Part shown: one piece after another, positions 1-7,755 of the stretch | Numbering within the stretch: position 1 is the stretch's first letter | How the letters are laid out: every line of letters starts with the position of its first letter | Source of the DNA: a candidate division WOR-3 bacterium | Lineage (GTDB): Bacteria; Hydrothermota; Tepidihabitantia; SM23-42 | Reading direction: 5' to 3' | Length of the DNA stretch: 28,384 bases | Assembly (NCBI GenBank): GCA_050124875.1 | Contig: JASFEK010000001.1 | Coordinates: 1 to 28,384, forward strand | The notes under the pieces: generated by a model | Told to the model about the DNA's origin: nothing | Databases searched by the model: none | The model's input: the letters and a program-made list of their open reading frames with translations, nothing else | Program-made: the position numbers and the translations under genes

Positions 1-133
1 TCATACCATTCCCGCGTTTTGCGATTTTCGACCTGATGCCTCACTCAACATTGTACACACCGGATCAACCTTATGACTTTAACGGCTGGCTCTTGCCCTA
101 CAATATTGCTAACTGATCGTCGGAATCATTAAC

Positions 134-163
134 AAAAAAGGGGAGCGAGGCTCCCCTTTTTTT
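134..163. terminator. Intrinsic terminator, probably bidirectional, ending the tatA-to-ffh unit
   Basis: AAAAAA-GGGGAGC-gag-GCTCCCC-TTTTTTT: perfect 7-bp GC stem (140-146/150-156) flanked by A6 and T7, overlapping the ffh TAA (162-164). Confidence 0.9.
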
Positions 164-1460
164 ATGGCATCTTAAAAGGAAATTTACCGGGCATGTTCTT
201 GCTGAACTTCTTCAGCATATCCCGCGCATAGAAAAATTCCTTGAGCATACGGTTCACGTCGGCCACTGAAGAACCACTGCCCGCAGCAATCCTCCTTTTT
301 CGTGAACCATCGATTACGTCCGGATGAAGCCGCTCACGGCGCGTCATGGAATTGATCATCGCCTCCATTCTCTTGAACTGATCTTCATCGACATCACCTT
401 CCTTCACTCCCGGAACCATCGCCGCGATTTTCGATAGAGGTCCCAACTTCTTGACCGCACTCATCTGTTCAAGAAAATCCTCCAGGTTCAGGTCGCCCTT
501 CAATGCTTTCTTACGCATTTTTTCCTGATCGATCTCAGTTTCGATCGTCTTGACCCGCTCAACCAGACTCTGAACATCACCCATGCCCAGGATACGCTGG
601 GCCATACGATCAGGATGGAATTCCTCCAACCCTTCTATTTGCTCGCTTGTGCCGACAAAGTATATCGGTACATCGGCCGCCCGGGCAATAGACAGTGCCG
701 CGCCACCCCTTGCATCACCATCCATCTTGGTAAGGATTGCGCCATCCAATCCTATGCTCGCCTTGAATTCACTCGCCTGTTTCACTGCATCCTGTCCACT
801 CATCCCATCGGCAACCAGCAACCGGTAATCGGGCTTGAGCGCGCTGTGGATATCGATCAGTTCTGCGATCAGCGCGTCGTCGATATGCAGGCGGCCTGCC
901 GTATCAATGATGATCACACCATGCCCTTCCTTCTCGGAAAGCCGCTTAGCCTGCTTCACGGTCTTCACTGCATTGCCGTCATCTAGCGGCACGGCCGGAA
1001 TGTTCGCCCTTTTTGCCAATTGCATAAGCTGTTCGACTGCTGCCGGCCGCTTCGTGTCAGCCGGCACGAGCAGAGGTTTGCGTCCACGGTACTTGACGGC
1101 AAGCTTCGCCGCGGTTGTCGTCTTGCCCACGCCCTGCAAACCTATTAGACTAATCACGGTCGGCCCGTCTTTCTTAAGATCTATATGATGTGTTGTCTTA
1201 CCCAGCAGCTCAACCAGTTCCTCATATACCGCCCTGATGACCAGATCGCCCGGCGTCAGACTCTTTGACAACTCGAGTGACTTGGTCTTCGCACCGAGCT
1301 CGTCAATGAACTCCTTAACAACCTTATAGTTAACATCGGCCTCAAGTAAAGAAATCCGGATATCTTTGTATATACTCTCAAGTTCCCGGTCAGTAATTCT
1401 TCCGTAACCGAGTATCTTTCTCTTAACCAGTTGAAAGCGGTCAATCAGACCCTCTAACAT
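162..1460 (-). CDS. ffh: Signal recognition particle protein Ffh (SRP54)
   Basis: 432 aa. NG GTPase motifs GLQGVGKTTTAAKLA, DTKRPAA, DTAGRLH, TKMDGDARGGAALS; Met-rich M domain with INSMT..ER and SRKRRIAAGSG. Confidence 0.97.
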   Translation of the reverse strand: MLEGLIDRFQLVKRKILGYGRITDRELESIYKDIRISLLEADVNYKVVKEFIDELGAKTKSLELSKSLTPGDLVIRAVYEELVELLGKTTHHIDLKKDGPTVISLIGLQGVGKTTTAAKLAVKYRGRKPLLVPADTKRPAAVEQLMQLAKRANIPAVPLDDGNAVKTVKQAKRLSEKEGHGVIIIDTAGRLHIDDALIAELIDIHSALKPDYRLLVADGMSGQDAVKQASEFKASIGLDGAILTKMDGDARGGAALSIARAADVPIYFVGTSEQIEGLEEFHPDRMAQRILGMGDVQSLVERVKTIETEIDQEKMRKKALKGDLNLEDFLEQMSAVKKLGPLSKIAAMVPGVKEGDVDEDQFKRMEAMINSMTRRERLHPDVIDGSRKRRIAAGSGSSVADVNRMLKEFFYARDMLKKFSKNMPGKFPFKMP

Positions 1461-2095
1461 CTAAGCTCCTCGATCGCTTTCGCGTAATCATCGGTTTTGA
1501 AAATACCGGCCCCCGCAACAACGATGTCAGCGCCTGCCCGACAGACCTGTAACGCATTAGCCGCGTTGATGCCACCGTCGACCTGAATCAGGCAATCCAA
1601 TCCTTTCTTGGTGATGTACTCCCGTGCATCTTCGATCTTTCTCAGGACTTCTTCGATGAATTTCTGGCCGTAGAACCCTGGATTAACGGTCATGATCAGA
1701 AGGTAGTCCAACCTCTCAATGTAGTGCCTTACCTCATCCAAGGGGGTCGGAGGGTTTATCGCCAAACCAGCCTTCACCTTACGCCGCTGTATATATTCTA
1801 TACATTGCTCTGCCTTATCGGTCGCCTCCAGATGGAATGAGATCCATTCTAAACCAGCATCGATGAACTGTTCAAGATACTTCTCTGGCTTCGCGATCAT
1901 GAGATGAGCGTCGAGCTCGACCGTACTCACATCATTAATCGCAGCAACGACCATCGGTCCAAATGTAATGTTGGGTACGAAAACACCATCCATCACATCC
2001 AGATGCAAAAGATCTGCACCTGCTCTTTCAACCGCGGCAATCTCTTTCTGGAACTCGCTGAATTTTGCGGCAATGATGGAGGGAGCGACTTTCAC
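1454..2095 (-). CDS. rpe: Ribulose-phosphate 3-epimerase
   Basis: 213 aa, GTG start. Motifs APSI, HLDVMDGVFVPNITFG, DAHLM, MTVNPGFYGQKF, QVDGGIN, VVAGAGIF. Overlaps ffh by 7 nt. Confidence 0.97.
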   Translation of the reverse strand: MKVAPSIIAAKFSEFQKEIAAVERAGADLLHLDVMDGVFVPNITFGPMVVAAINDVSTVELDAHLMIAKPEKYLEQFIDAGLEWISFHLEATDKAEQCIEYIQRRKVKAGLAINPPTPLDEVRHYIERLDYLLIMTVNPGFYGQKFIEEVLRKIEDAREYITKKGLDCLIQVDGGINAANALQVCRAGADIVVAGAGIFKTDDYAKAIEELRC

Positions 2096-2796
2096 TTAAT
2101 GACCATAACCCTAACCGTATCCCCGCTATTAACAATACGTCCCGGCTCCGGGTTCTGCACGATGATCGCACCTTTCTTACCGCTACCCTGAACTTCCTCT
2201 ATTATACCCAGAATCAAACCCATTTGCTCCAGGGACAGTTGAGCCTGGCTTAGTTGCATGCCAACGATATTCGGCATCTTCTTTATGATACCCTTACTCA
2301 AGATCAGCGTAATACTATCGCCCTTCTTTACATTGGTTTCGGCCTCGGGCGAGGTGCCGATGACTCGTCCTGGTTCGATGGAATCCGAGAAAGCAGAATC
2401 TATCTTGGTGATCACCAAACCAAGACGACGGATTATTGAAGCACTCTGTTCATACCCAACGCCGTTGAGATAGGGCACCCTGATCGTTTCTGGACCCAAA
2501 CTCACTGTAAGGTTTATGATCCTTCCCTTTTTCACGCGGGCCTCGGGCAGCGGTTCTTGTATGATCACATTTCCTTCTTTGATGATCTGATCAAATCGCC
2601 GCTCGACCACGACGCCCTCGAGACCTGCGTCTTTCAGCTGCTCAATCGCATCATCCAGGGTCAAATCACATATGTTTGGGACAAGAACCTCCTCGCCCCT
2701 CCCGACCAGCAACGGCATGACGAGGAAATTCGCAATGAGTATGCCGGTCACAAAGAAGGCAAGAATGATGCCCGTATAGATGAGTATTCTTCTCAT
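2092..2796 (-). CDS. Membrane-anchored PASTA-domain protein (3 PASTA repeats, no kinase domain), copy 1
   Basis: N-terminal hydrophobic helix, then three ~65-aa repeats starting VPNICDLT, VPYLNGVG, MPNIVGMQ, with VI.Q.P..G..V motifs. GTGA overlap with rpe. Confidence 0.9.
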   Translation of the reverse strand: MRRILIYTGIILAFFVTGILIANFLVMPLLVGRGEEVLVPNICDLTLDDAIEQLKDAGLEGVVVERRFDQIIKEGNVIIQEPLPEARVKKGRIINLTVSLGPETIRVPYLNGVGYEQSASIIRRLGLVITKIDSAFSDSIEPGRVIGTSPEAETNVKKGDSITLILSKGIIKKMPNIVGMQLSQAQLSLEQMGLILGIIEEVQGSGKKGAIIVQNPEPGRIVNSGDTVRVMVIK

Positions 2797-3521
2797 TCAA
2801 GAACTGTCGCTACTACGATATCAATCGTCGATCCCTTCTTTGCCTGCCTCCCTGCGCCTGGGTTTTGGCGCATCACGATACCGACGTTGAATTCAGTACT
2901 GACCTCATATCTCACATTGCCGACGGTGAAACCAGCATTCTCGATCATGCGTTTCGCCGACGAGAAAGATTTTCCAATGAGTCTTGGTACGGACGCTGTT
3001 TCCACCCCACGACTTAGAATGACCGTGATCGACGTTTGCGGCAGCACCTTGGCGCCGGCTTCCGGGACAGTGGATATGATCTTGTCTTTCTCAACCTGCG
3101 CGTTCTCTTCACTCTTCACTTCGCCTATTGTCAAACCCAGCCCGGTGATCTGTACCGTCGCCTCACTCAAACCCATACCATTTAAATCAGGCATCACAAC
3201 TTGACTCGATCCTTTCGATACAAATACGGTTATCGTCGACTTGCTTCGCACGACCGAACCAGGCAATGGGGTCTGCCGGAAGACAATGTTTGCTGGAACC
3301 TCTTCGTTCTCCTCTTCCCCACCCACCACGAACAGCAAGTCGCGTGAGTCGGCAATAACGCGGGCCTGCTCCTGGTTTGAGCCGATGAGGTCAGGGACCA
3401 CCTTGTCCGCCCCCATCCGGGCAAACGGGAGCACGAAGATGAATAAGGCGCAGACAATAGCCGAGGTAAAAAGCGAAACAATAAAAGATATCAAGAAAAT
3501 CTTCGAGCCATTATAATACAT
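2793..3521 (-). CDS. Membrane-anchored PASTA-domain protein (3 PASTA repeats, no kinase domain), copy 2
   Basis: N-terminal TM helix, then repeats VPDLIGSN, MPDLNGMG, VPRLIGKS. SD AAGGAG upstream; ATGA overlap with copy 1. Confidence 0.9.
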   Translation of the reverse strand: MYYNGSKIFLISFIVSLFTSAIVCALFIFVLPFARMGADKVVPDLIGSNQEQARVIADSRDLLFVVGGEEENEEVPANIVFRQTPLPGSVVRSKSTITVFVSKGSSQVVMPDLNGMGLSEATVQITGLGLTIGEVKSEENAQVEKDKIISTVPEAGAKVLPQTSITVILSRGVETASVPRLIGKSFSSAKRMIENAGFTVGNVRYEVSTEFNVGIVMRQNPGAGRQAKKGSTIDIVVATVLE

Positions 3522-3566
3522 GTCGCTCCTTTCTTCCCGCTCTCGGCACGAGCGTTATTTTCACTC

Positions 3567-3655
3567 CGGAGAGGGCGGGATTTGAACCCGCGATCCACCT
3601 CTCGGCGGATACACGATTTCCAGTCGTGCTCCTTAGGCCGCTCGGACACCTCTCC
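3567..3655 (-). tRNA. tRNA-Ser (anticodon GGA), long variable arm, CCA not encoded
   Basis: GGAGAGG/CCTCTCC acceptor stem with discriminator G; D-arm CCGAGCGGCCTAAGG; anticodon arm CACGA-CTGGAAA-TCGTG; T-loop GGTTCAAATCC. Genomic sequence after the discriminator is GAG. Confidence 0.97.
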
Positions 3656-3692
3656 ATGTTGCCAATTTCGACCGGGAACGCGAGGAGGAAAC

Positions 3693-3887
3693 TCACTCCT
3701 TGGGACTTTTTTCTTCCTTAGTATCGTTCTTGTCGGGTTCTAGCGGTTTGTCGATTTCACTTATGCCCTTCCTGAATTCTCGTATGCCTTTACCCAAGCC
3801 GCGTGCTAGGTCCGGTATCTTCTTCGCTCCAAAGAGCAGTAAAGCAATGAGTAAGATCAGTAATATTTCTTGCCATCCAACATTCAT
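3693..3887 (-). CDS. tatA: Twin-arginine translocase subunit TatA/E
   Basis: 64 aa. [36 protein letters not shown] signature (TM, FG hinge, amphipathic helix). SD GAGG. Confidence 0.95.
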   Translation of the reverse strand: MNVGWQEILLILLIALLLFGAKKIPDLARGLGKGIREFRKGISEIDKPLEPDKNDTKEEKSPKE

Positions 3888-3904
3888 TTTTACCTCTTTG
3901 TGGA

Positions 3905-3932
3905 ATTATATTGAAATCCCCCCAAATGTCAA
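3905..3932 (-). promoter_or_regulatory. sigma70-type promoter for the tatA-to-ffh unit
   Basis: Minus strand TTGACA (3932-3927), 16-nt spacer, TATAAT (3910-3905): perfect hexamers, 17 nt upstream of the tatA ATG. Confidence 0.85.
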
Positions 3933-4021
3933 CAATCAACTGGATACAACTCGGCATTTGATGAGGTTACGAAGCCTGTTACGTTTGGCGTCTTACGGTC
4001 ACGTCCCAGCAAGCTGAAGAT

Positions 4022-4149
4022 AGCAGATGATCAGAACATCAGGAAGCAGAATACCAGGGCATCAGAGGACCAGGTGACAATCAAAACAATTCGTAACCTG
4101 ATATACTGTTAATCTGATATCCCGCCTGCTGATCCCCTGGTACCCTGAT
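4022..4149. repeat. Imperfect palindrome built from 8-nt-period AnCAG / CTGnT units
   Basis: CAG at 4024, 4032, 4040, 4047, 4055, 4063, 4071 and CTG at 4098, 4106, 4114, (4122 CCG), 4129, 4137, 4145. The spacings mirror each other, including the single 7-nt unit. Confidence 0.8.
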
Positions 4150-4225
4150 CTTCTTGTCGCTGCGTCACCCAATCTCCGTGTCGTCTCATCTCCAGGTCTC
4201 AATGTCTCCATATCTCCGATTCTTG
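4149..4225. repeat. Degenerate 8-nt tandem array (consensus RTCTCCnn)
   Basis: TC at 4149, 4157, 4165, 4173, 4181, 4189, 4197, 4205, 4213, 4221 (exact period 8); units include TCACC, TCTCC, TCGTC, TCTCA. Confidence 0.75.
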
Positions 4226-4244
4226 GCTGCCAGGGGTAAGGGTA

Positions 4245-4272
4245 TTGACATCATTTGTGGATTCGGTATAAT
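4245..4272 (+). promoter_or_regulatory. sigma70-type promoter for the 401-aa membrane protein
   Basis: TTGACA (4245-4250), 16-nt spacer, TATAAT (4267-4272), then SD AAGGAGGT at 4283-4290. Confidence 0.85.
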
Positions 4273-4293
4273 CACTCGAATCAAGGAGGTGAG

Positions 4294-5499
4294 GTGACTA
4301 ATCTACACTTCAATTATAAGGACGTTTTCAGAGCAGGAAGACTAGGCTTCAGCGCCAAGAAAATCTGGGTTGCTTTTCTCGGTCTTCTTATTGCGCATAT
4401 CGGATATGGCATACTGTCATATCTAGCCTACATCGCTGGCGGCATTGAAATCGGTGAGGTATGGGAAGTATTCCGACTTATGCCAATGTATCCGATCGGA
4501 CTACCTTGGTTCAGCTGGATAATCTGGGTGATCGGATTCCTGTGGTACCTCTTTGTTGCATTGATCTTTGGTGTCGCAATATCAAAGGTAACCTATGAAC
4601 AGCTCAAGGGTGATGAATTCTACGAGATAAAGGAAGCTATCAAGTTCGCTTTAAAGAGCGGCAAATCGGCGATCCTTGCTCCCATTGTGCTCGTGCTCTT
4701 CATGGTTGCCCTGGTCGTGATGGGCATTATCCTAGCGCTCATTACCTGGGTACCGTACTTCGGGCAGATGTTTTTCGCGGTCATGTCCATCCTTGCCTTT
4801 GCCGTATGCCTGTTCATCCTATATCTGGTCATCGTTACCCTGGTTTCTTTGATCATTGGCCCCTCAATCGTCGGCGAAACTGGCAATGACACCTTCGATA
4901 CGCTATTCGAATCGTTTTCCGTGGTCAATGACCAGCCGTGGCGTTTCATTGTCTATGAGTTCCTTCTGGTGATTGTGGTGCTCATAGGTGTTGGGATACT
5001 CGGCTTCTTTTCAGCCAAGGCGATCTTTCTTTGCCAGGATGTGATCGGGCTTATTGTACCGGCTGTAAAATTGGACAACCTGCTGGTCAATGCGGCCTAT
5101 TATGTCAAGATCACACTTCCACCAATATGCCCCGAATCCTGGCATAATCTCTTCACCGGTTATGTTGAATCAATAGGCATGTCTAACCTTCTCTACCCAC
5201 CTCAATATATGCCCGCATATGAAACCTGGGCCGGAGCCATCACCTCTTTCATACTGGGTGTAGTTTATTACTTCATCATCCTGTTTGTAAAATCACTGGG
5301 TATGGCGATCTTCTGGGCAGGAAACACGGTCATATTCACGGTGCTGGTGAAAAAGAAGGACGACAAGAATCTTCTTGAAATGAAAGAAGAGATCTTTGAG
5401 GAAGAGAAGAAAGAGGAAGTGAAGAAAGAGACCCCTAAGAAACCGGCACCTAAGAGAAAACCGAGGCGGACAAGAAAACGAACAAAGAAATCCAAATAA
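4294..5499 (+). CDS. Polytopic membrane protein of unknown function with a charged C-terminal tail
   Basis: The ORF-track start at 4255 lies inside the promoter; GTG at 4294 follows AAGGAGGTGAG, giving 401 aa. About 7-8 long hydrophobic segments; tail EEIFEEEKKEEVKKETPKKPAPKRKPRRTRKRTKKSK. Confidence 0.8.
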   Translation: MTNLHFNYKDVFRAGRLGFSAKKIWVAFLGLLIAHIGYGILSYLAYIAGGIEIGEVWEVFRLMPMYPIGLPWFSWIIWVIGFLWYLFVALIFGVAISKVTYEQLKGDEFYEIKEAIKFALKSGKSAILAPIVLVLFMVALVVMGIILALITWVPYFGQMFFAVMSILAFAVCLFILYLVIVTLVSLIIGPSIVGETGNDTFDTLFESFSVVNDQPWRFIVYEFLLVIVVLIGVGILGFFSAKAIFLCQDVIGLIVPAVKLDNLLVNAAYYVKITLPPICPESWHNLFTGYVESIGMSNLLYPPQYMPAYETWAGAITSFILGVVYYFIILFVKSLGMAIFWAGNTVIFTVLVKKKDDKNLLEMKEEIFEEEKKEEVKKETPKKPAPKRKPRRTRKRTKKSK

Positions 5500-5519
5500 C
5501 CAAAAGGACGAATTGATCT

Positions 5520-5558
5520 CGCAGCAGGAAGGATATACCCCTTCCTGCTGCGGCTTTT
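5520..5558 (+). terminator. Hairpin, probable intrinsic terminator
   Basis: 13-bp perfect stem CGCAGCAGGAAGG (5520-5532) / CCTTCCTGCTGCG (5540-5552), 7-nt loop, then GCTTTT (short U-tract). Starts 20 nt after the stop codon. Confidence 0.7.
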
Positions 5559-5583
5559 ATAACGCTTATCCGTAACAAGGAAT

Positions 5584-6450
5584 ATGAAAGCCGGCTACGT
5601 CGTCATCATCGGCAAACCCAATGTCGGCAAGTCCACTCTTCTGAACCGCTTGCTGGACATGAAAATCTCGGCCGTAACATCAAAACCGCAGACAACCAGG
5701 AATCGCATCCTCGGGATTCTCACCGAAGGCGAAAACCAGGCATGCTTTTTTGATACCCCGGGCATTATTCGCCCCGAATATGAGTTACAGGAACTCATGA
5801 TGAAACAGATACGTACGGCGGTCATGGACGCCGATGTAATCATTGCTATGGTCGATCCCTGGTTAAAGGATGCGCATCAGTATGCCGAACAGCTAAAGCC
5901 GGGGAAGAACACGCCCAGAATAATCGTCATCAACAAGATCGACCTTGTTCCGAAAACTGACCTGCTGCCGTTGATCGCCGAGTTGAAGAACACAAACGCA
6001 TGCGCAATCGTACCGGTTTCGGCATTGAGCGGCGAAGGCATTGACGACCTCAAGCGAACGATCTTCAAGCACTTACCCGAAGGAGAATTCCTCTACCCCG
6101 AAGATGATGTTTCCGATGCACCGGAACGCTTCTTTGTCGCCGATCTGATCCGGGAAAAGATCTTCGAGATATTCAAAAAGGAGATACCTTATGCGAGCTG
6201 TGTCCTCATCGATGAATTCAAGGAACGGGAAAAGGGTAAGGACTACATACGTGCCGTCATCTATGTTGAACGGCAATCACAAAAGGCAATAATCATAGGG
6301 AAGAAGGGAGCGGCACTGAAAAGTGTCGGCGAGAAAGCACGGCGCGAGATCGAAATATTCCTGGGCAAACCCGTATTCTTGGAATTATGGGTCAAAGTCA
6401 AGGAGAAGTGGCGTAAGAACAAGAAGTTCCTCAAGGAATTAGGTTATTAG
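5584..6450 (+). CDS. era: GTPase Era
   Basis: 288 aa. GKPNVGKSTL, KPQTTRNRI, DTPG, NKID, VSAL; KH domain with SQKAIIIGKKG and FLELWVKVKEKWR. Confidence 0.97.
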   Translation: MKAGYVVIIGKPNVGKSTLLNRLLDMKISAVTSKPQTTRNRILGILTEGENQACFFDTPGIIRPEYELQELMMKQIRTAVMDADVIIAMVDPWLKDAHQYAEQLKPGKNTPRIIVINKIDLVPKTDLLPLIAELKNTNACAIVPVSALSGEGIDDLKRTIFKHLPEGEFLYPEDDVSDAPERFFVADLIREKIFEIFKKEIPYASCVLIDEFKEREKGKDYIRAVIYVERQSQKAIIIGKKGAALKSVGEKARREIEIFLGKPVFLELWVKVKEKWRKNKKFLKELGY

Positions 6451-6468
6451 CCGCACCGTGGAGGATGC

Positions 6469-6951
6469 ATGGAAATAAAGAAAGTAAAGATCAAAGTACC
6501 GGACGGTGTTAATCTTATTTGCGGCCACACACACTTCATCAAGACCGCCGAGGATCTGTACGAAGCGCTGGTCAATTCCTCGGCTCAGATTAAGTTTGGC
6601 CTCGCATTTTGCGAAGCATCAGCCGATTGCCTTGTGCGCTATGAAGGCAATGACCCGGAACTTACTGCCCAAGCCAAGGAATGGGCGTTGGAAGTAGGGG
6701 CCGGGCATTTCTTCATCATCCTGATCAAGAATGCCTATCCGATCAATGTACTGGGCGCGATTAAGTCATGTCCTGAAGTAGTCAATATCTTTTGCGCAAC
6801 AGCCAATCCGGTCGAATTGCTCATTGTCGAAGATGCTCAGGGCCGAGGTGTGGTCGGCGTTATCGACGGCTTCGCACCAAAAGGAATCGAAGACGATAAG
6901 GCGCGTAAGGAGCGTTATGAATTCCTCAGGAAGATCGGCTACAAGCTGTAA
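6469..6951 (+). CDS. Adenosine-specific kinase / adenosine monophosphate-protein transferase family protein (DUF355-type)
   Basis: 160 aa. [72 protein letters not shown]. Confidence 0.85.
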   Translation: MEIKKVKIKVPDGVNLICGHTHFIKTAEDLYEALVNSSAQIKFGLAFCEASADCLVRYEGNDPELTAQAKEWALEVGAGHFFIILIKNAYPINVLGAIKSCPEVVNIFCATANPVELLIVEDAQGRGVVGVIDGFAPKGIEDDKARKERYEFLRKIGYKL

Positions 6952-6958
6952 GTACCCA

Positions 6959-7738
6959 ATGCCCGTACCTGCTCGCTCTAGCGGACTCCTTCAATATGCC
7001 ATTGTGATCGCCACCCTGCTATTGCTGGTGATCCCTCAGTCTGGCGCCAGTGCAACGACCGGCCGAATCTGGTCCTATCTGAACCTTGCCTCGATCATCA
7101 GCCCTAACTGGTCTTTTGTCATGATGCCGGGCGTGCGGTACGAATTTGCGCGGACCGATGACCCTGCACTCAGACCCAACAAGGAATTCTATTTCTACGA
7201 ATTATTGACCGGCCCGACCTGGACAAAAACCTGGGGCAGGTTAACCATGAAAATCCCGCTGTGGTACTATTACATGGGTTTTCCGTCACCGGATGAATAC
7301 TTCTATGCTCATAACATTGAATTCCTGCCGATTCTCAGCTACCGCGCGGGAAAACTCGGCCTGACGAGCCGGACCATTTTTCACAACACGATCTACGCAA
7401 GTGTCTACGGCACACCAGAACTCAAGAAGGGCTACTCCCTGGTCATCAGGCAATTGCTGCAGCTTACCTACTCTTTAGAAAAGCAACTGAGCATCATCCT
7501 TGCCGACGAACCGTTTTTTGGAGTCATCGAAGACAAGGAAGCGCCACCAAGCCCGATCGGGTTCTGGCCCAGTGGGTTCAGGTTGAACCGGTTTTATGCT
7601 GGATTTCAGTACAGAGTTACGCCACGCATTGCGGTAACACCACAATATGTGCTCGAGACCGCGTATGATGGAGGCATAAACACAGATACCAACCATTACT
7701 TGTTCGTGACGTTCTCATACGCCTTCAGTATCTTCTAG
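6959..7738 (+). CDS. Outer-membrane beta-barrel protein (DUF2490-like)
   Basis: The ORF-track start at 6824 overlaps the previous gene; ATG 6959 gives 259 aa with a signal peptide (IVIATLLLLVIPQSGASA), alternating aromatic/polar strands, NRFYAGFQY and a C-terminal beta-signal YLFVTFSYAFSIF. Confidence 0.65.
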   Translation: MPVPARSSGLLQYAIVIATLLLLVIPQSGASATTGRIWSYLNLASIISPNWSFVMMPGVRYEFARTDDPALRPNKEFYFYELLTGPTWTKTWGRLTMKIPLWYYYMGFPSPDEYFYAHNIEFLPILSYRAGKLGLTSRTIFHNTIYASVYGTPELKKGYSLVIRQLLQLTYSLEKQLSIILADEPFFGVIEDKEAPPSPIGFWPSGFRLNRFYAGFQYRVTPRIAVTPQYVLETAYDGGINTDTNHYLFVTFSYAFSIF

Positions 7739-7755
7739 AGGAAATCTCCCCGCAT

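Noticed and set aside
1-116. Possible gene fragments at the left edge: + frame open to TGA at 114-116, or a minus-strand leaderless start (TACAAT 55-50, 5 nt, GTG at 44; MRHQVENRKTREWY...)
   Set aside because: Neither peptide is recognisable, the -35 for the minus-strand candidate is poor (GTCATA), and the window edge prevents a test.
2557-3204. 215-aa plus-strand ORF
   Set aside because: Antisense shadow of the PASTA genes; no motif, SD or promoter.
3538-3554. Small hairpin CGCTC/GAGCG downstream of tRNA-Ser
   Set aside because: Only a 5-bp stem with no U-tract; too weak to call a terminator.
3567-3700. tRNA-Ser as an integration site for a genomic island
   Set aside because: No integrase, no duplicated tRNA 3' end noticed, and flanking genes are housekeeping with no evident compositional shift.
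4022-4225. CRISPR array or small-peptide interpretation of the periodic repeats
   Set aside because: Units are 7-8 nt with no 23-47-nt repeats or unique spacers, no cas genes are nearby, and an 8-nt period does not preserve codon phase.
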